64,000 bases of DNA, from positions 8,753-72,752 of the forward strand of contig JAKAZL010000004.1 of assembly GCA_021815925.1 (NCBI GenBank), given 5' to 3'. This document shows, piece after piece, positions 1 to 12,418 of the stretch. Source of the DNA: Pseudomonadota bacterium. Lineage in GTDB: Bacteria; Pseudomonadota; Gammaproteobacteria; Steroidobacterales; Steroidobacteraceae. Below the pieces are notes generated by a model. That model was not told where the DNA came from, did not search any database, and saw nothing but the letters and a program-made list of their open reading frames with translations. Positions within the stretch are counted from its first letter, which is position 1; each line of letters begins with the position of its first letter. Position numbers and translations under genes: made by a program.

Positions 1-2417
<2,417 letters not shown>

Positions 2418-2433
2418 TGGGTCAGTCTCGACA

Positions 2434-3636
2434 TCAACGGGAAACCGCCGGCTGGCGCGGCGGACTCTGGGTGGGCGCAGCCGCGGCGGGCCCCTGGCGC
2501 AGTTGCACCTGCAGGCGCCGCACCATCAGCTGCACGAACCGCTCGAACAGCGGCTTCACGTCGTGCGGCCCGGGGCTTGCCTCGGGATGGCCCTGGAAGC
2601 CGAACACCGGACGGTCCTGGAACGCGAGTCCCTGCAGCGAACCGTCGAACAGCGAGCGGTGCGTGGCGCGCACATTCGCCGGCAGCGTCGTCTCATCGAC
2701 CGCGAAGCCGTGATTCTGGCTGGTGATCAGCACCCGGCCGGTCTCCAGGTCCTGCACCGGATGGTTCGCGCCGTGGTGACCGAACTTCATCTTCAGGGTG
2801 CGCGCCCCGCTGGCGAGCCCGAGGATCTGATGTCCGAGGCAGATGCCGAACACGGGCAGGTCGGTCTTGAGGAACTCGCGCGTCGCCTCGATGGCGTAGG
2901 TGCATGGCTCCGGATCGCCCGGGCCGTTGGAGAGGAACAGCCCGTCGGGGGCGAGCGCGAGGGCTTCCTCGGCGCTGGTCTCGGCCGGCACCACGGTCAT
3001 GCGGCAGCCGAAATCGGCGAGGAGGCGCAGGATGTTGCGTTTGATCCCGAAATCGTAGGCGACGACGTGCAGGCGCTGATGCGAGCGCAGCGTGCGCGCG
3101 CTCTCCGGCCAGACACTGCCCTCGTTCCACTGGAAGGCGCGCCGGACGCTGACCACCTTGGCCAGATCCATGCCCTTCAAGCCCGGGAACTTGCGTGCCG
3201 CGATCACCGCGGCGGCCGCGTCGGCCTTCTCGCCGGTCATGATGCAGCCGGCCTGGGCGCCCTGCTCGCGAAGAATGCGGGTCAGGCGGCGCGTGTCGAT
3301 GCCGGCGATGGCGACGATGCGCCCGCGTTCGAGGAACGTCCCGAGCGACTCGCTGCCGCGCCAGTTGCTCCAGCGCGCCGGCAGATCACGCACCACGAGC
3401 CCGGCGCTGTAGATCTGAGCGGACTCGAGGTCCTCCGGCGTCGTGCCGGTGTTGCCGATGTGCGGACAGGTGAGCGTAACGATCTGGCGGGCGTAGGACG
3501 GGTCGGTGAGAATCTCCTGATAGCCCGTCATCGCGGTGTTGAACACAACCTCGCCCGTGGTGTTGCCTTTGGCACCAATCGACTGGCCGCGGAAGACGGT
3601 TCCATCCGCCAGGGCCAGGACTGCCGGTACGCTCAC
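2434..3636 (-). CDS. carA: carbamoyl-phosphate synthase small (glutamine amidotransferase) subunit
   Basis: 400-aa ORF with a GTG start. N-terminus is [15 protein letters not shown]. GATase motif GICLGHQ is present, along with HGANHPV and [12 protein letters not shown]. Confidence 0.95.
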   Translation of the reverse strand: MSVPAVLALADGTVFRGQSIGAKGNTTGEVVFNTAMTGYQEILTDPSYARQIVTLTCPHIGNTGTTPEDLESAQIYSAGLVVRDLPARWSNWRGSESLGTFLERGRIVAIAGIDTRRLTRILREQGAQAGCIMTGEKADAAAAVIAARKFPGLKGMDLAKVVSVRRAFQWNEGSVWPESARTLRSHQRLHVVAYDFGIKRNILRLLADFGCRMTVVPAETSAEEALALAPDGLFLSNGPGDPEPCTYAIEATREFLKTDLPVFGICLGHQILGLASGARTLKMKFGHHGANHPVQDLETGRVLITSQNHGFAVDETTLPANVRATHRSLFDGSLQGLAFQDRPVFGFQGHPEASPGPHDVKPLFERFVQLMVRRLQVQLRQGPAAAAPTQSPPRQPAVSR

Positions 3637-3738
3637 TTCGATGAATCCTCTCTTTTCAGGTTCGCTCTCGCGTCAGCCGGCCACCCCGATCGGCACGCCG
3701 CGCCGCACGGGTTTTTCGGTCCGTAACCTGCGGATATA

Positions 3739-3778
3739 CAAAGCGGGAGGAGTTCCAAGTGAACATCCTCCCGCTTTG
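3739..3778 (-). terminator. hairpin downstream of dapB (13-bp perfect stem, 14-nt loop), likely an intrinsic terminator
   Basis: CAAAGCGGGAGGA (3739-3751) pairs perfectly with TCCTCCCGCTTTG (3766-3778). On the minus strand it is followed by TGTATAT. It lies about 150 nt after the dapB stop and ahead of the carA promoter region. Confidence 0.6.
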
Positions 3779-3782
3779 CGTG

Positions 3783-3815
3783 GACTAACCCGCACACGAA
3801 TCGACTAACCCGCAC
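3783..3815. repeat. two direct copies of GACTAACCCGCAC spaced 20 bp apart, upstream of carA
   Basis: Identical 13-mers at 3783-3795 and 3803-3815. The flanking 7 nt are also similar (ACGAATC vs GCGGATC). Confidence 0.8.
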
Positions 3816-3931
3816 GCGGATCGGGCGAAATTCTACGGTCGGTCGCCGCGAGTGTCCATGGAAAATTGGTCCGCTGCGGCGTCGCAAGCGAGGCAGGAAT
3901 CTGCTGCAGGAAATTCTTTAAGTAATTGATT

Positions 3932-4732
3932 TTAAAACAGAAGATCGCGCATGCCATAACGACCCGGCGGCTGCTGCGCGAGCCAGAGCGCAGCGGTCAG
4001 AGCCCCTCGGGCAAACACGGCCCGGTCGGTCGCGCGATGCCCCAGGACGAGCTGCTCGCCGGCCCCGAGGAAGCGCACCTCGTGCTCCCCGACGACGTCA
4101 CCGCCACGCAGCACGCCGAAGCCGATCTGGCCGGCCGGCCGCAGCCCGGTGCGCGCGGCAGCGGCCGCGGCGAGCGCCGCCTCGGCGTCGAGCCCACGAC
4201 CCTCGCCGGCCGCCCGCCCCAGGGCGAGCGCGGTCCCGGACGGAGCGTCGCGCTTGAGCCGGTGGTGCGTCTCGAGGATCTCGATGTCGAATTCCTCCGG
4301 CAGCGCCCGCGCCGCGGAGCGCACCAGCTCCAGCAGCAGCGTGATGCCCAGACTGGTGTTCGGCGCCACCAGCAGCGCGATGTGGCGCGCGGCCTCCTCC
4401 AGCGGCCCCTCGAGCGTCGCCTCGAGGCCCGTGGTGCCGATCAGCAGCGGCGTGCCGGCGGCGCGGCAGGCCGCCAGATGCGCCGCGGCGGCGCGCGGAT
4501 GGGAGAAATCGATCACGACATCCGCCGCCGCGAGCGCCGCCGGCAGATCGGCGCTCACCCGCACGCCGAGCGGTCCGCCACCGGCGAGCTCGCCGGCGTC
4601 GCGGCCGATCGCCGGGCTGGCGGCCGGGGCGATGGCCGCGGCGAGATCGAAGTCCGCGCGCTGCCGGAGGGCCTGCACCAGGGAGCCGCCCATGCGGCCG
4701 CTCACCCCGATGATTACCGCGCGAACGGCCAT
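3932..4732 (-). CDS. dapB: 4-hydroxy-tetrahydrodipicolinate reductase
   Basis: 266 aa. N-terminal GVSGRMG dinucleotide fold. Signature ETHHRLKRDAPSGTA is present. Confidence 0.93.
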   Translation of the reverse strand: MAVRAVIIGVSGRMGGSLVQALRQRADFDLAAAIAPAASPAIGRDAGELAGGGPLGVRVSADLPAALAAADVVIDFSHPRAAAAHLAACRAAGTPLLIGTTGLEATLEGPLEEAARHIALLVAPNTSLGITLLLELVRSAARALPEEFDIEILETHHRLKRDAPSGTALALGRAAGEGRGLDAEAALAAAAAARTGLRPAGQIGFGVLRGGDVVGEHEVRFLGAGEQLVLGHRATDRAVFARGALTAALWLAQQPPGRYGMRDLLF

Positions 4733-4741
4733 GGCGCCGGG

Positions 4742-5863
4742 TCAGACGCCGAAGAACCGCCGCACGCCATCGAAGAATCCCTTCTCCCGGGGCGAGTGGC
4801 GCGTATCGTCCTGCTTCAGCGACTCCTCGAGCTTGCGGATCAGCTCGCGCTGCTCGCCCGAGAGGTGCACCGGCGTCTCGACGACCACCCGGCAGAACAG
4901 GTCCCCGCGCGAGCCGCCGCGCACCGGCTTGACGCCCTTGTCGCGCAACCGGAAGACCCGACCCGACTGCGTCTCTGCCGGAATCTTCAGCGACACATTG
5001 CCATCGAGCGTGGGCACCTCCACCGTGCCACCGAGCGCGGCGGTGGCGAAGCTCACCGGCACCTCGCAGGAGAGATGCTCCCCGTCACGCTCGAAGATCG
5101 CGTGCTCGCGCACGTGCACCTCGACGTAGAGGTCCCCGGCCGGACCCCCATTGCGCCCGGCCTCGCCCTCCCCGCCGAGGCGGATCCGATCCCCGGTGTC
5201 GACGCCGGCGGGAATCTTCACCGACAGCTTGCGGGTGCGGCGCACGCGCCCCTGCCCGAGGCAGGTGTCGCAGGGATTGCGGATGAGGGTGCCGGTACCG
5301 CGGCACTTGGGGCAGGTCTGCTGCAGCTGGAAGAAGCCCTGCGAGATGCGCACCTGGCCATTGCCGCCGCAGGCATCGCAGGTCTGCGGCTTGCTGCCCT
5401 TGGCCGCGCCGCTGCCGTGACAGGTCTCGCATTCGACCAGCTTCGGCACCTCGATCTCCACCGTGTGGCCGAAGACGGCCTGATGCAGATCGAGCTCGAG
5501 CTCGTAGCGCAGGTCGGCGCCGCGGAAGACCTGCGAGTGACCGCCGCGACGCGCCGCGCCGAAGATGTCCCCGAAGACGTCGCCGAAGATATCGCTGAAC
5601 GCATCCGCGGCGTTCCCGTGGCCGCGCGCGCCGGCCGCCGCCTCGAGCCCGGCATGGCCGTACTGATCGTACGCGGCGCGCTTCTGGGCGTCGGTGAGCA
5701 CCTCGTAGGCCTCCTTGGCCTCCTTGAATCGATCCTCTGCCTCCGCGTCATCCGGATTGCGGTCCGGGTGATATTTCATCGCCAGGCGCCGGTAAGCCTT
5801 CTTGATGTCCGCCTCAGTGGCCGTCCTCGGTACGTCGAGGACCTTGTAATAGTCTTTTTTCAT
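4742..5863 (-). CDS. dnaJ: molecular chaperone DnaJ
   Basis: J-domain with HPDRN, a G/F-rich linker, and four CxxCxGxG zinc-finger repeats. Confidence 0.97.
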   Translation of the reverse strand: MKKDYYKVLDVPRTATEADIKKAYRRLAMKYHPDRNPDDAEAEDRFKEAKEAYEVLTDAQKRAAYDQYGHAGLEAAAGARGHGNAADAFSDIFGDVFGDIFGAARRGGHSQVFRGADLRYELELDLHQAVFGHTVEIEVPKLVECETCHGSGAAKGSKPQTCDACGGNGQVRISQGFFQLQQTCPKCRGTGTLIRNPCDTCLGQGRVRRTRKLSVKIPAGVDTGDRIRLGGEGEAGRNGGPAGDLYVEVHVREHAIFERDGEHLSCEVPVSFATAALGGTVEVPTLDGNVSLKIPAETQSGRVFRLRDKGVKPVRGGSRGDLFCRVVVETPVHLSGEQRELIRKLEESLKQDDTRHSPREKGFFDGVRRFFGV

Positions 5864-5880
5864 GCGCCTCGCGCAGCAAT

Positions 5881-5909
5881 AGCGGGGTTCGCGACTCGCG
5901 AACCCCGCT
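5881..5909 (-). promoter_or_regulatory. dnaK-dnaJ intercistronic hairpin (13-bp perfect stem, 3-nt loop)
   Basis: AGCGGGGTTCGCG-ACT-CGCGAACCCCGCT lies between the dnaK stop (5938) and the dnaJ start (5863). It could act as an attenuator or mRNA stabiliser that sets the K:J ratio. Confidence 0.6.
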
Positions 5910-5937
5910 CACTATACCGACTCGCTCGAAGGTCAGG

Positions 5938-7890
5938 TCAGGATGCCTTGCGGCCCTTGTCCTTGACCTCCTCGAACTCCGCATCAACGACGTCTTCCTT
6001 GCCGCCGCCCGCACCGGCGCCCGCAGCGCCCGGCTCGGGGCCCGCAGCCCCGGCAGGTCCCGCCTCACCGCCCGACCCGGCATAGGCCTTCTGGGCAATG
6101 CCGGCCGATGCCTGTGCGAGAGCCTCGGCCTTCTTCTCGATCACCTCGCGGTCATCGCCCTTCAGCGCGGTGCGCAGATCCGACACGGCCGACTCCACGC
6201 TCGCCCGCTCGCCCGCATCGACCTTGTCGCCAAGATCCTTCAGGCTGCGCTCGACGGCGTGCACCATCGCATCGGCCTTGTTGCGCGTCTCGACCAGCTC
6301 GCGGAAGCGCTTGTCCTCGGCCGCGTGCGCCTCGGCGTCGCGCACCATGCGCTTGATCTCGTCCTCGTTCAGGCCGCTCGAGGCCTTGATGACGATCTTC
6401 TGCTCGCGCCCGGTGGCCTTGTCCTTGGCGGACACGTTCAGAATGCCGTTGGCGTCGATGTCGAAGGACACCTCGATCTGCGGCATGCCGCGCGGGGCCG
6501 GCGGAATGTCCGTCAGGTCGAACTTGCCGAGCGACTTGTTGTCGGCCGCCCGGTCGCGCTCGCCCTGCAGGACGTGAATGGTCACCGCCGTCTGGCTGTC
6601 GTCGGCCGTGGAGAACACCTGCGAGGCCTTGGTCGGAATCGTGGTGTTCTTCTCGATCAGCTTGGTCATGATGCCGCCGAGCGTCTCGATGCCGAGCGAC
6701 AGCGGCGTCACATCGAGCAGCAGCACGTCCTTGACCTCTCCGGCCAGGACGCCCGCCTGAATGGCCGCACCCACCGCCACCGCCTCATCGGGGTTGACGT
6801 CCTTGCGCGGCTCGCGGCCGAAGAAGTCCTTGACGTACTTCTGCACCATCGGCATGCGGGTCTGGCCGCCGACCAGAATGACCTCGGCGACGTCGCTGGC
6901 CGAGACGCCCGCATCCTTCATCGCGGTGCGGCACGGCGCAATGGTCTTCTGCACCAGGTCCTCGACCAGCGCCTCGAGCTTGGCGCGGGTGAGCTTGATG
7001 GCGAGGTGCTTCGGCCCGGAGGCATCCGCGGTGATGTACGGCAGGTTGATCTCGGTCTGTTGCGTGGAGGACAGCTCGATCTTGGCCTTCTCCGCAGCCT
7101 CCTTCAGACGCTGCATGGCCAGCGGGTCCTTGCGCACATCGACGCCGGACTCCTTCAGGAACTCCTCGGCGAGGAAATTGATGATGCGCAGGTCGAAGTC
7201 CTCGCCGCCGAGGAACGTGTCCCCGTTGGTCGAGAGCACTTCGAACTGGTGCTCACCGTCGATCTCGGCGATCTCGATGATCGAGATGTCGAACGTGCCG
7301 CCGCCGAGGTCGTACACGGCAATCTTGCGGTCCCCGCCCTGCTTGTCGAGTCCGTAGGCGAGGGAGGCCGCGGTCGGCTCGTTGATGATGCGCTTGACCT
7401 CCAGGCCCGCGATGCGCCCGGCGTCCTTGGTCGCCTGGCGCTGGGAATCGTTGAAGTACGCCGGCACCGTGATGACCGCTTCGGTGACCGGCTCGCCCAG
7501 GTAGTCCTCGGCGGTCTTCTTCATCTTCATCAGCACGCGCGCGGAAATCTCCGGCGGGGCCATCTTCTTGCCCTGCGCATCGACCCAGGCATCGCCATTG
7601 TCGGCGCGGGCGATCTTGTAGGGGACCATCTTCGCGTCGCGCTGCACCACCTCGTCCTCGAACTTCCGTCCGATGAGGCGCTTGATCGCAAACAGGGTGT
7701 TCTGCGGATTGGTGACCGCCTGGCGCTTGGCCGGCTGGCCGACCAGGACCTCGTTGTCCTTGGTGAAGGCGACGACCGACGGCGTCGTGCGATCGCCCTC
7801 GCTGTTCTCGATCACCCGGGGCTTGCCGCCCTCCATGATGGCCACGCACGAATTCGTGGTGCCGAGGTCGATGCCGATTACCTTTGCCAT
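5938..7890 (-). CDS. dnaK: molecular chaperone DnaK (Hsp70)
   Basis: 650 aa. Motifs [22 protein letters not shown] and [11 protein letters not shown] are present. Confidence 0.98.
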   Translation of the reverse strand: MAKVIGIDLGTTNSCVAIMEGGKPRVIENSEGDRTTPSVVAFTKDNEVLVGQPAKRQAVTNPQNTLFAIKRLIGRKFEDEVVQRDAKMVPYKIARADNGDAWVDAQGKKMAPPEISARVLMKMKKTAEDYLGEPVTEAVITVPAYFNDSQRQATKDAGRIAGLEVKRIINEPTAASLAYGLDKQGGDRKIAVYDLGGGTFDISIIEIAEIDGEHQFEVLSTNGDTFLGGEDFDLRIINFLAEEFLKESGVDVRKDPLAMQRLKEAAEKAKIELSSTQQTEINLPYITADASGPKHLAIKLTRAKLEALVEDLVQKTIAPCRTAMKDAGVSASDVAEVILVGGQTRMPMVQKYVKDFFGREPRKDVNPDEAVAVGAAIQAGVLAGEVKDVLLLDVTPLSLGIETLGGIMTKLIEKNTTIPTKASQVFSTADDSQTAVTIHVLQGERDRAADNKSLGKFDLTDIPPAPRGMPQIEVSFDIDANGILNVSAKDKATGREQKIVIKASSGLNEDEIKRMVRDAEAHAAEDKRFRELVETRNKADAMVHAVERSLKDLGDKVDAGERASVESAVSDLRTALKGDDREVIEKKAEALAQASAGIAQKAYAGSGGEAGPAGAAGPEPGAAGAGAGGGKEDVVDAEFEEVKDKGRKAS

Positions 7891-7936
7891 GATCTGCTCC
7901 GCCGAAATCAGTTGCTTATGGGTCCGCTGGGAGTCT

Positions 7937-7964
7937 TACTGGGGTTTGGGCCCGGCGATTCAAG
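7937..7964 (-). promoter_or_regulatory. sigma-32 (RpoH)-type heat-shock promoter for dnaK
   Basis: The minus strand reads CTTGAAT-13 nt-CCCCAGTA, against the consensus CTTGAAA-N13/14-CCCCATNT. It lies about 45 nt upstream of the dnaK ATG. Confidence 0.6.
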
Positions 7965-7977
7965 GCCCGGGCGCGCC

Positions 7978-8532
7978 TTAACCTTGAGCCGGAGCCTTCG
8001 CGACGATCACCCGTGCCGGCCGCAGCAGCCGGCCATTGAGCTCGAAACCGGTCTGCACCACCTGCAGCACCGTGTCCGGCGCGGCGTCCGCGGACTCCTG
8101 CGCGAGCATCGCCTCGTGGCGGGCCGGATCGAACGGCTCACCGAGCGGACGGATCGGGGTCACGCCGAGCCTCTCCAGCGCCCGGGCGAGCAGCTTCAGG
8201 GTCGCCTCCTGGCCCTGCCGCAGGCTGTGCGCATCGATCTGCCCCTGGCTGGCGCTCTGCAGGGCGAGCTCCAGGCTGTCCTGCACGGGCAGCAGCTCGG
8301 CGGCGAATTTCTCCAGCCCGTAGCGGTTGGCCGCCTCGATGTCCCGCTGCGCGCGCTTGCGCACGTTGTCGAGCTCGGCCACGGCCCGCAGGTACTGCTC
8401 GCGATGCTCGCGGGCGCGCTGCTCGGCCTGCTCAAGTGCCTGCTGCAGAGCGGCCAGCTCCGCCGGCATGCCCGCCGTCCCGCCGTCGTCCGATCGGTCC
8501 GCGCCCTGCGCGCCGGCCTGTTCAGTGCTCAT
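7978..8532 (-). CDS. grpE: nucleotide exchange factor GrpE
   Basis: GrpE-like core (YLRAVAELDNVRKRAQRD ... FDPARHEAM). The start is set at the internal ATG 8532 (MSTEQ), which is preceded by GAGGA. The ORF track extends to 8598. Confidence 0.9.
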   Translation of the reverse strand: MSTEQAGAQGADRSDDGGTAGMPAELAALQQALEQAEQRAREHREQYLRAVAELDNVRKRAQRDIEAANRYGLEKFAAELLPVQDSLELALQSASQGQIDAHSLRQGQEATLKLLARALERLGVTPIRPLGEPFDPARHEAMLAQESADAAPDTVLQVVQTGFELNGRLLRPARVIVAKAPAQG

Positions 8533-8614
8533 CCGCCGTCCTCGCTCTCGCCTTCTGGTCAAAAGATCGCCGACCGGCTCGCGCCGGGGCGCCGTCAAGC
8601 CGTCGGTGTGGGGA

Positions 8615-9676
8615 TCAGCGCCGCGAATTCAAGGCGGCGCCGAGCAGTTTGGCGGTCATGTCCACGATCGGAATGACCCGCTCATAGGCCATGCGGGTGG
8701 GGCCGATGACCCCGAGCACCCCGAAGGCCGAACCCGGCTCCCCGTAGGGTGCCGTGATCACGCTGCAGTCATCGAGGATGCGGTAGCCCGATTCGTGCCC
8801 GATGAAGATCTGCACCCCCTCGGCGCGCAGGCTGTGGTCGAGCAGGTGCAGGAAATCGCGCTTCTCGTTGAATGCCTCGAACAGCCGCCGCAGCCGCTCC
8901 ACGCTCGAGAGCTCCGCGACGCTCATCAGGTTGGTCTCGCCCTTGATGACGTATTCGAGCTCGGTGTCCTGCTCGCCCGCCTCGAACACATGCTGGGCGA
9001 CGGCGATCGCATCGAGCATCACCTGGTTCATGTGCGCACGGGTCTCGCTCAGCTGGCGCAGGATCTCCTGACGCACCTCGGCGAGGGAGCGGCCGCGGAT
9101 TTGCTCGTTCAGGAAATTCGCCGCACGCCGCAGCTCATCGGGCGAGAAATGCCGCTCGAGGTGGATGATGCGGTTCTGCACCTCGCGCTCCCCGTACACC
9201 AGCACGACGAGCACCCGGTTCTCCGAGAGCCCGACGAACTCGATCTGGGTGATCGAGGCCTGCGTCGGGCGCGGCAGGGTGACCACACCGGCGAGGCGCG
9301 TCAGACTCGAGAGCAGCTGCGAGACGGTGCTCACCAGGTCCTTGCCGCTCTCGCGCACCGCCTCGAACTGCCGCTCGATCTCGGCGGCGGCGGCGGCCTC
9401 GAGCGGCTGCACCTGCAGCAGCGAGTCGACGAAGAACCGGTAGCCCTTGTCGGTCGGCACGCGCCCGGCGGAGGTGTGCGGCGAGGCGACGAAGCCGAGC
9501 TCCTCCAGGTCCGCCATCACGTTGCGAATGGTGGCCGAGGACAGCTGCAGGCCCGACTCGCGCGACAGCGCGCGCGAGCCGACGGGCTGGCCGTCGCGGA
9601 TGTAGCTCTCCACGAGCACGCGCAGCAGGTGCTGCGCGCGATCATTCAGTTGTTCGTCCCGGGTGTCTTGCGTCAT
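8615..9676 (-). CDS. hrcA: heat-inducible transcriptional repressor HrcA
   Basis: The N-terminal winged helix (LNDRAQHLLRVLVESYIRDGQPVGSRAL ... SSATIRNVMADLEELGF) is typical of HrcA. The start is set at ATG 9676. The ORF track extends to 9724. Confidence 0.9.
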   Translation of the reverse strand: MTQDTRDEQLNDRAQHLLRVLVESYIRDGQPVGSRALSRESGLQLSSATIRNVMADLEELGFVASPHTSAGRVPTDKGYRFFVDSLLQVQPLEAAAAAEIERQFEAVRESGKDLVSTVSQLLSSLTRLAGVVTLPRPTQASITQIEFVGLSENRVLVVLVYGEREVQNRIIHLERHFSPDELRRAANFLNEQIRGRSLAEVRQEILRQLSETRAHMNQVMLDAIAVAQHVFEAGEQDTELEYVIKGETNLMSVAELSSVERLRRLFEAFNEKRDFLHLLDHSLRAEGVQIFIGHESGYRILDDCSVITAPYGEPGSAFGVLGVIGPTRMAYERVIPIVDMTAKLLGAALNSRR

Positions 9677-9789
9677 AAGTGCGCGGCCAGCGCGCGCAAT
9701 CGCCGCCCCCGCGCAGCCGCACACCTGAAACTATAGTCATGCGGCGCGAGCGTCAAGCAAGCGCGCGCCCGTCCTGCTACGATTTTCCG

Positions 9790-10671
9790 ATGCTCCCTCC
9801 CCGCACCTGCGCACTGGTTGGCCGGTTCACCGATCCGCGGGTCGCCGAGTCGGCCCAGGCGGCGCTCGCGCACCTGAGCGCCCGGGGCGTGACCGTGCGG
9901 GTCGATGCCGCTGCGACGCTGGCGGCCTGTCCGGGCGCGAGCGGCGTGCCCGAAAGGGAGCTCGGCCACGGCGCCGACCTGATGATCGCGGTCGGCGGTG
10001 ACGGCACGCTGCTCTATGCGGCCGGCCTGGTGGCGCGTCACGGCGTGCCGCTGCTCGGGATCAACCGCGGACGCCTCGGGTTTCTCACCGACGTCATGCC
10101 GCAGGACATCCCGGCCTGCCTCGATGCGGCGCTCGCCGGGCAGCTCGAGGCCGATGAGCGTCCGCTGCTGCTGGCGCGGCTGCACTGCCTCGACGGCACC
10201 CACCGCGAATGCCTGGCGCTGAACGATGTGGTGCTGCAGAAGCTCGCCACCGGCCGCATGCTGGACTTCGAGACCCGGGTGTCGGGCCGCTACGTCAATA
10301 CCCATGCGGGCGACGGCGTCGTCGTGGCCAGCGCCACCGGCTCGACCGCCTACGCGCTGTCCTGCGGCGGACCGATCATCGAGCCGCAGCTGGACATCGT
10401 GGTGCTCGCCCCGATCTGCCCGCACACCCTGTCCGATCGCCCGATCGTGGTCTCGGGTCGCTCGGTGATCGAGATCCGCCTGCTCGAGCGACCCGACACG
10501 CGTGCCCAGGTGACCTGTGACGGCACGATCCTCGGCACGCTCGCCCCCGGGGAGCGCCTGGAGATCCTGCGCGCCCCCGAGCGCATCACGCTGCTGCACC
10601 CGCCCGGACACGATTACTTCCGGCTGCTGCGCTCGAAACTGCACTGGGGCCGCGGCGACACCGAGCGCTGA
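9790..10671 (+). CDS. nadK: NAD(+) kinase
   Basis: Motifs GGDGT, NRGRLGFL and ATGSTAYALSCGGPI. The start is probably ATG 9790. An alternative is 9739. The ORF track begins at 9679. Confidence 0.9.
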   Translation: MLPPRTCALVGRFTDPRVAESAQAALAHLSARGVTVRVDAAATLAACPGASGVPERELGHGADLMIAVGGDGTLLYAAGLVARHGVPLLGINRGRLGFLTDVMPQDIPACLDAALAGQLEADERPLLLARLHCLDGTHRECLALNDVVLQKLATGRMLDFETRVSGRYVNTHAGDGVVVASATGSTAYALSCGGPIIEPQLDIVVLAPICPHTLSDRPIVVSGRSVIEIRLLERPDTRAQVTCDGTILGTLAPGERLEILRAPERITLLHPPGHDYFRLLRSKLHWGRGDTER

Positions 10672-10697
10672 GCGCACCGCCCCACCCTCGATCCGCC

Positions 10698-12410
10698 ATG
10701 CTCAATGCCCTGAAAATTCGCGATTTCGCGATCATCGAGGAACTCGAGCTCGCCCTGCACCCGGGACTGACGGTGCTCACCGGGGAGACCGGCGCGGGCA
10801 AGTCCATCCTGGTCGATGCGCTGCAACTGATCGCCGGCGGGCGCGCCGGCGCGGAGATGATCCGCCACGGCGCCGAGCGCGCCGACATCACCGCCACCTT
10901 CGACGTGCGCGCAGCTCCGCCGGAGCTGCGCGAGTGGCTCGAGGGCCAGGCGATCAGCGACGATGAGCTGATCGTGCGCCGCCTGCTGGCGGCCGACGGC
11001 CGCTCGCGCGCCTGGCTCAACGGTCAACCGGTGCCCGTGCAGCTGCTGCGCGAGGCGGGTGGCCTGCTCATCGACATTCACGGGCAGCACGAATTCCAGT
11101 CCCTCGCCCGCGCCACGCGCCAGCGGGAGTTGCTCGATGAGTACGGGGGGCTCGGCTCGCGCCTGGCGGAGGTCGGTGAGGCGTACGAACGCTGGCGTCA
11201 GCTGAGCGGTCAGGAGCGCGAGCTCGCCGAGGCAGCCCGTGACCGCGACGCGCGGCTCGATCTGCTGCGCCACCAGGTCGGGGAGTTCGCCGCCCTGAGA
11301 CTCGAGCCCGGCGAGCTGGAGCGACTGACCGAGGAGCGCGCGCGCCTCGCCCACCGGGGCCGGCTCGCCGAGGCGGCTCAGGGGGCGCTCGCAGTGCTCT
11401 ACCAGGATGAGACGCACAATGCCTACGGGGGCGTCGGCCGGGCGCTGCAGGCACTGCGCGGGGCCGTGGCCATCGACGCGCAGCTGCAGCCGATCATCGC
11501 ATTGGCGCAGGAAGCCGAGGTGAACATCCGCGAGGCGGCCCGCGAGCTCGAGCGCTACGCCGAGGCGCTGGAGCTCGACACGGGCCGTCAGGACGCCGTC
11601 GAGAGCCGGCTCGCGGCCATCGAGGACCTCGCGCGCAAACACCGTGTGCCCCCGGGCGAGCTCGCCGTGCGCGAGGCGCAGCTCGGGGCGGACCTGGAGC
11701 GGCTCGAGCGTGCCGGGCTCGACCTTCAGACTCTCAGAGCCGAGCTCGGCGCGGCGCTCACACAGTATCGCCGGCGCGCCGCGGCGCTCTCGGCGGCGCG
11801 TGCGCAGGCGGCCGAGGCGCTCGGGACGGCCGTTAGCGCTCACATGCAAGCCCTGGGCATGGCCGGGGGACGCTTCGAGGCCGCCCTCAGCGCGCGGGGC
11901 GAGGAGCCTGCGCCGCACGGCGCCGACGATGTCGAATTCCGCGTCAGCGCCAATCCCGGTCAGCCCGTCCGAGCACTCGCAAAGGTCGCCTCGGGCGGGG
12001 AACTCTCACGCCTCTCGCTCGCGGTGCAGGTCGCCAGCAGTGCGCGCGAGACGCGCTGCATGGTGTTCGATGAAGTCGACTCCGGGATCGGCGGCGCGGT
12101 GGCCGAGATCGTCGGACGGGAGCTGCGCTCGCTCGGGCAGCGCGGCCAGGTACTGTGCGTGACGCACCTGCCGCAGGTCGCCTCGCAGGGCCATCACCAT
12201 CTGCGCGTCGCGAAGTTCACCGCTGGCGGCGCCACGCACACGCGCCTCAGCGAGCTGTCCGAGGCGGAGCGCATCGAGGAGCTGGCGCGGATGCTCGGCG
12301 GGGTCGACGTCACCGCGACGGCTCGCGAGCATGCGCGCCAGATGCTGCGCGGACCTGAGCCGCCAGCCACGCCCGCGCGCCGCCCGAAAGGCGCCGCGCG
12401 GCGCCGCTGA
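10698..12410 (+). CDS. recN: DNA repair protein RecN
   Basis: 570 aa. N-terminus MLNALKIRDFAIIEELELAL, Walker A GETGAGKS, a long coiled coil, and C-terminal ASGGELSR ... FDEVDSGIGG. Confidence 0.95.
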   Translation: MLNALKIRDFAIIEELELALHPGLTVLTGETGAGKSILVDALQLIAGGRAGAEMIRHGAERADITATFDVRAAPPELREWLEGQAISDDELIVRRLLAADGRSRAWLNGQPVPVQLLREAGGLLIDIHGQHEFQSLARATRQRELLDEYGGLGSRLAEVGEAYERWRQLSGQERELAEAARDRDARLDLLRHQVGEFAALRLEPGELERLTEERARLAHRGRLAEAAQGALAVLYQDETHNAYGGVGRALQALRGAVAIDAQLQPIIALAQEAEVNIREAARELERYAEALELDTGRQDAVESRLAAIEDLARKHRVPPGELAVREAQLGADLERLERAGLDLQTLRAELGAALTQYRRRAAALSAARAQAAEALGTAVSAHMQALGMAGGRFEAALSARGEEPAPHGADDVEFRVSANPGQPVRALAKVASGGELSRLSLAVQVASSARETRCMVFDEVDSGIGGAVAEIVGRELRSLGQRGQVLCVTHLPQVASQGHHHLRVAKFTAGGATHTRLSELSEAERIEELARMLGGVDVTATAREHARQMLRGPEPPATPARRPKGAARRR

Positions 12411-12418
12411 GCAGCCGC

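Noticed and set aside
6259-8676. 805-aa plus-strand ORF, plus many similar long ORFs (for example 3926-6085, 15223-16941, 16989-18254, 25378-27414, 30028-32025, 40649-42538, 50980-52707, 58685-60211, 60748-62250, 61890-63158)
   Set aside because: All are antisense or out of frame to strongly recognisable genes (dnaK, dnaJ, opgG, opgH, prc, ppsA, DUF748, bepA, sufBCDS). They have the Arg/Gly/Ala/Pro-rich composition of GC-rich shadow frames.
8533-9789. CIRCE operator for HrcA upstream of hrcA or grpE
   Set aside because: Nothing resembling TTAGCACTC-N9-GAGTGCTAA is present in either upstream region. It is probably located at groESL, outside this window.
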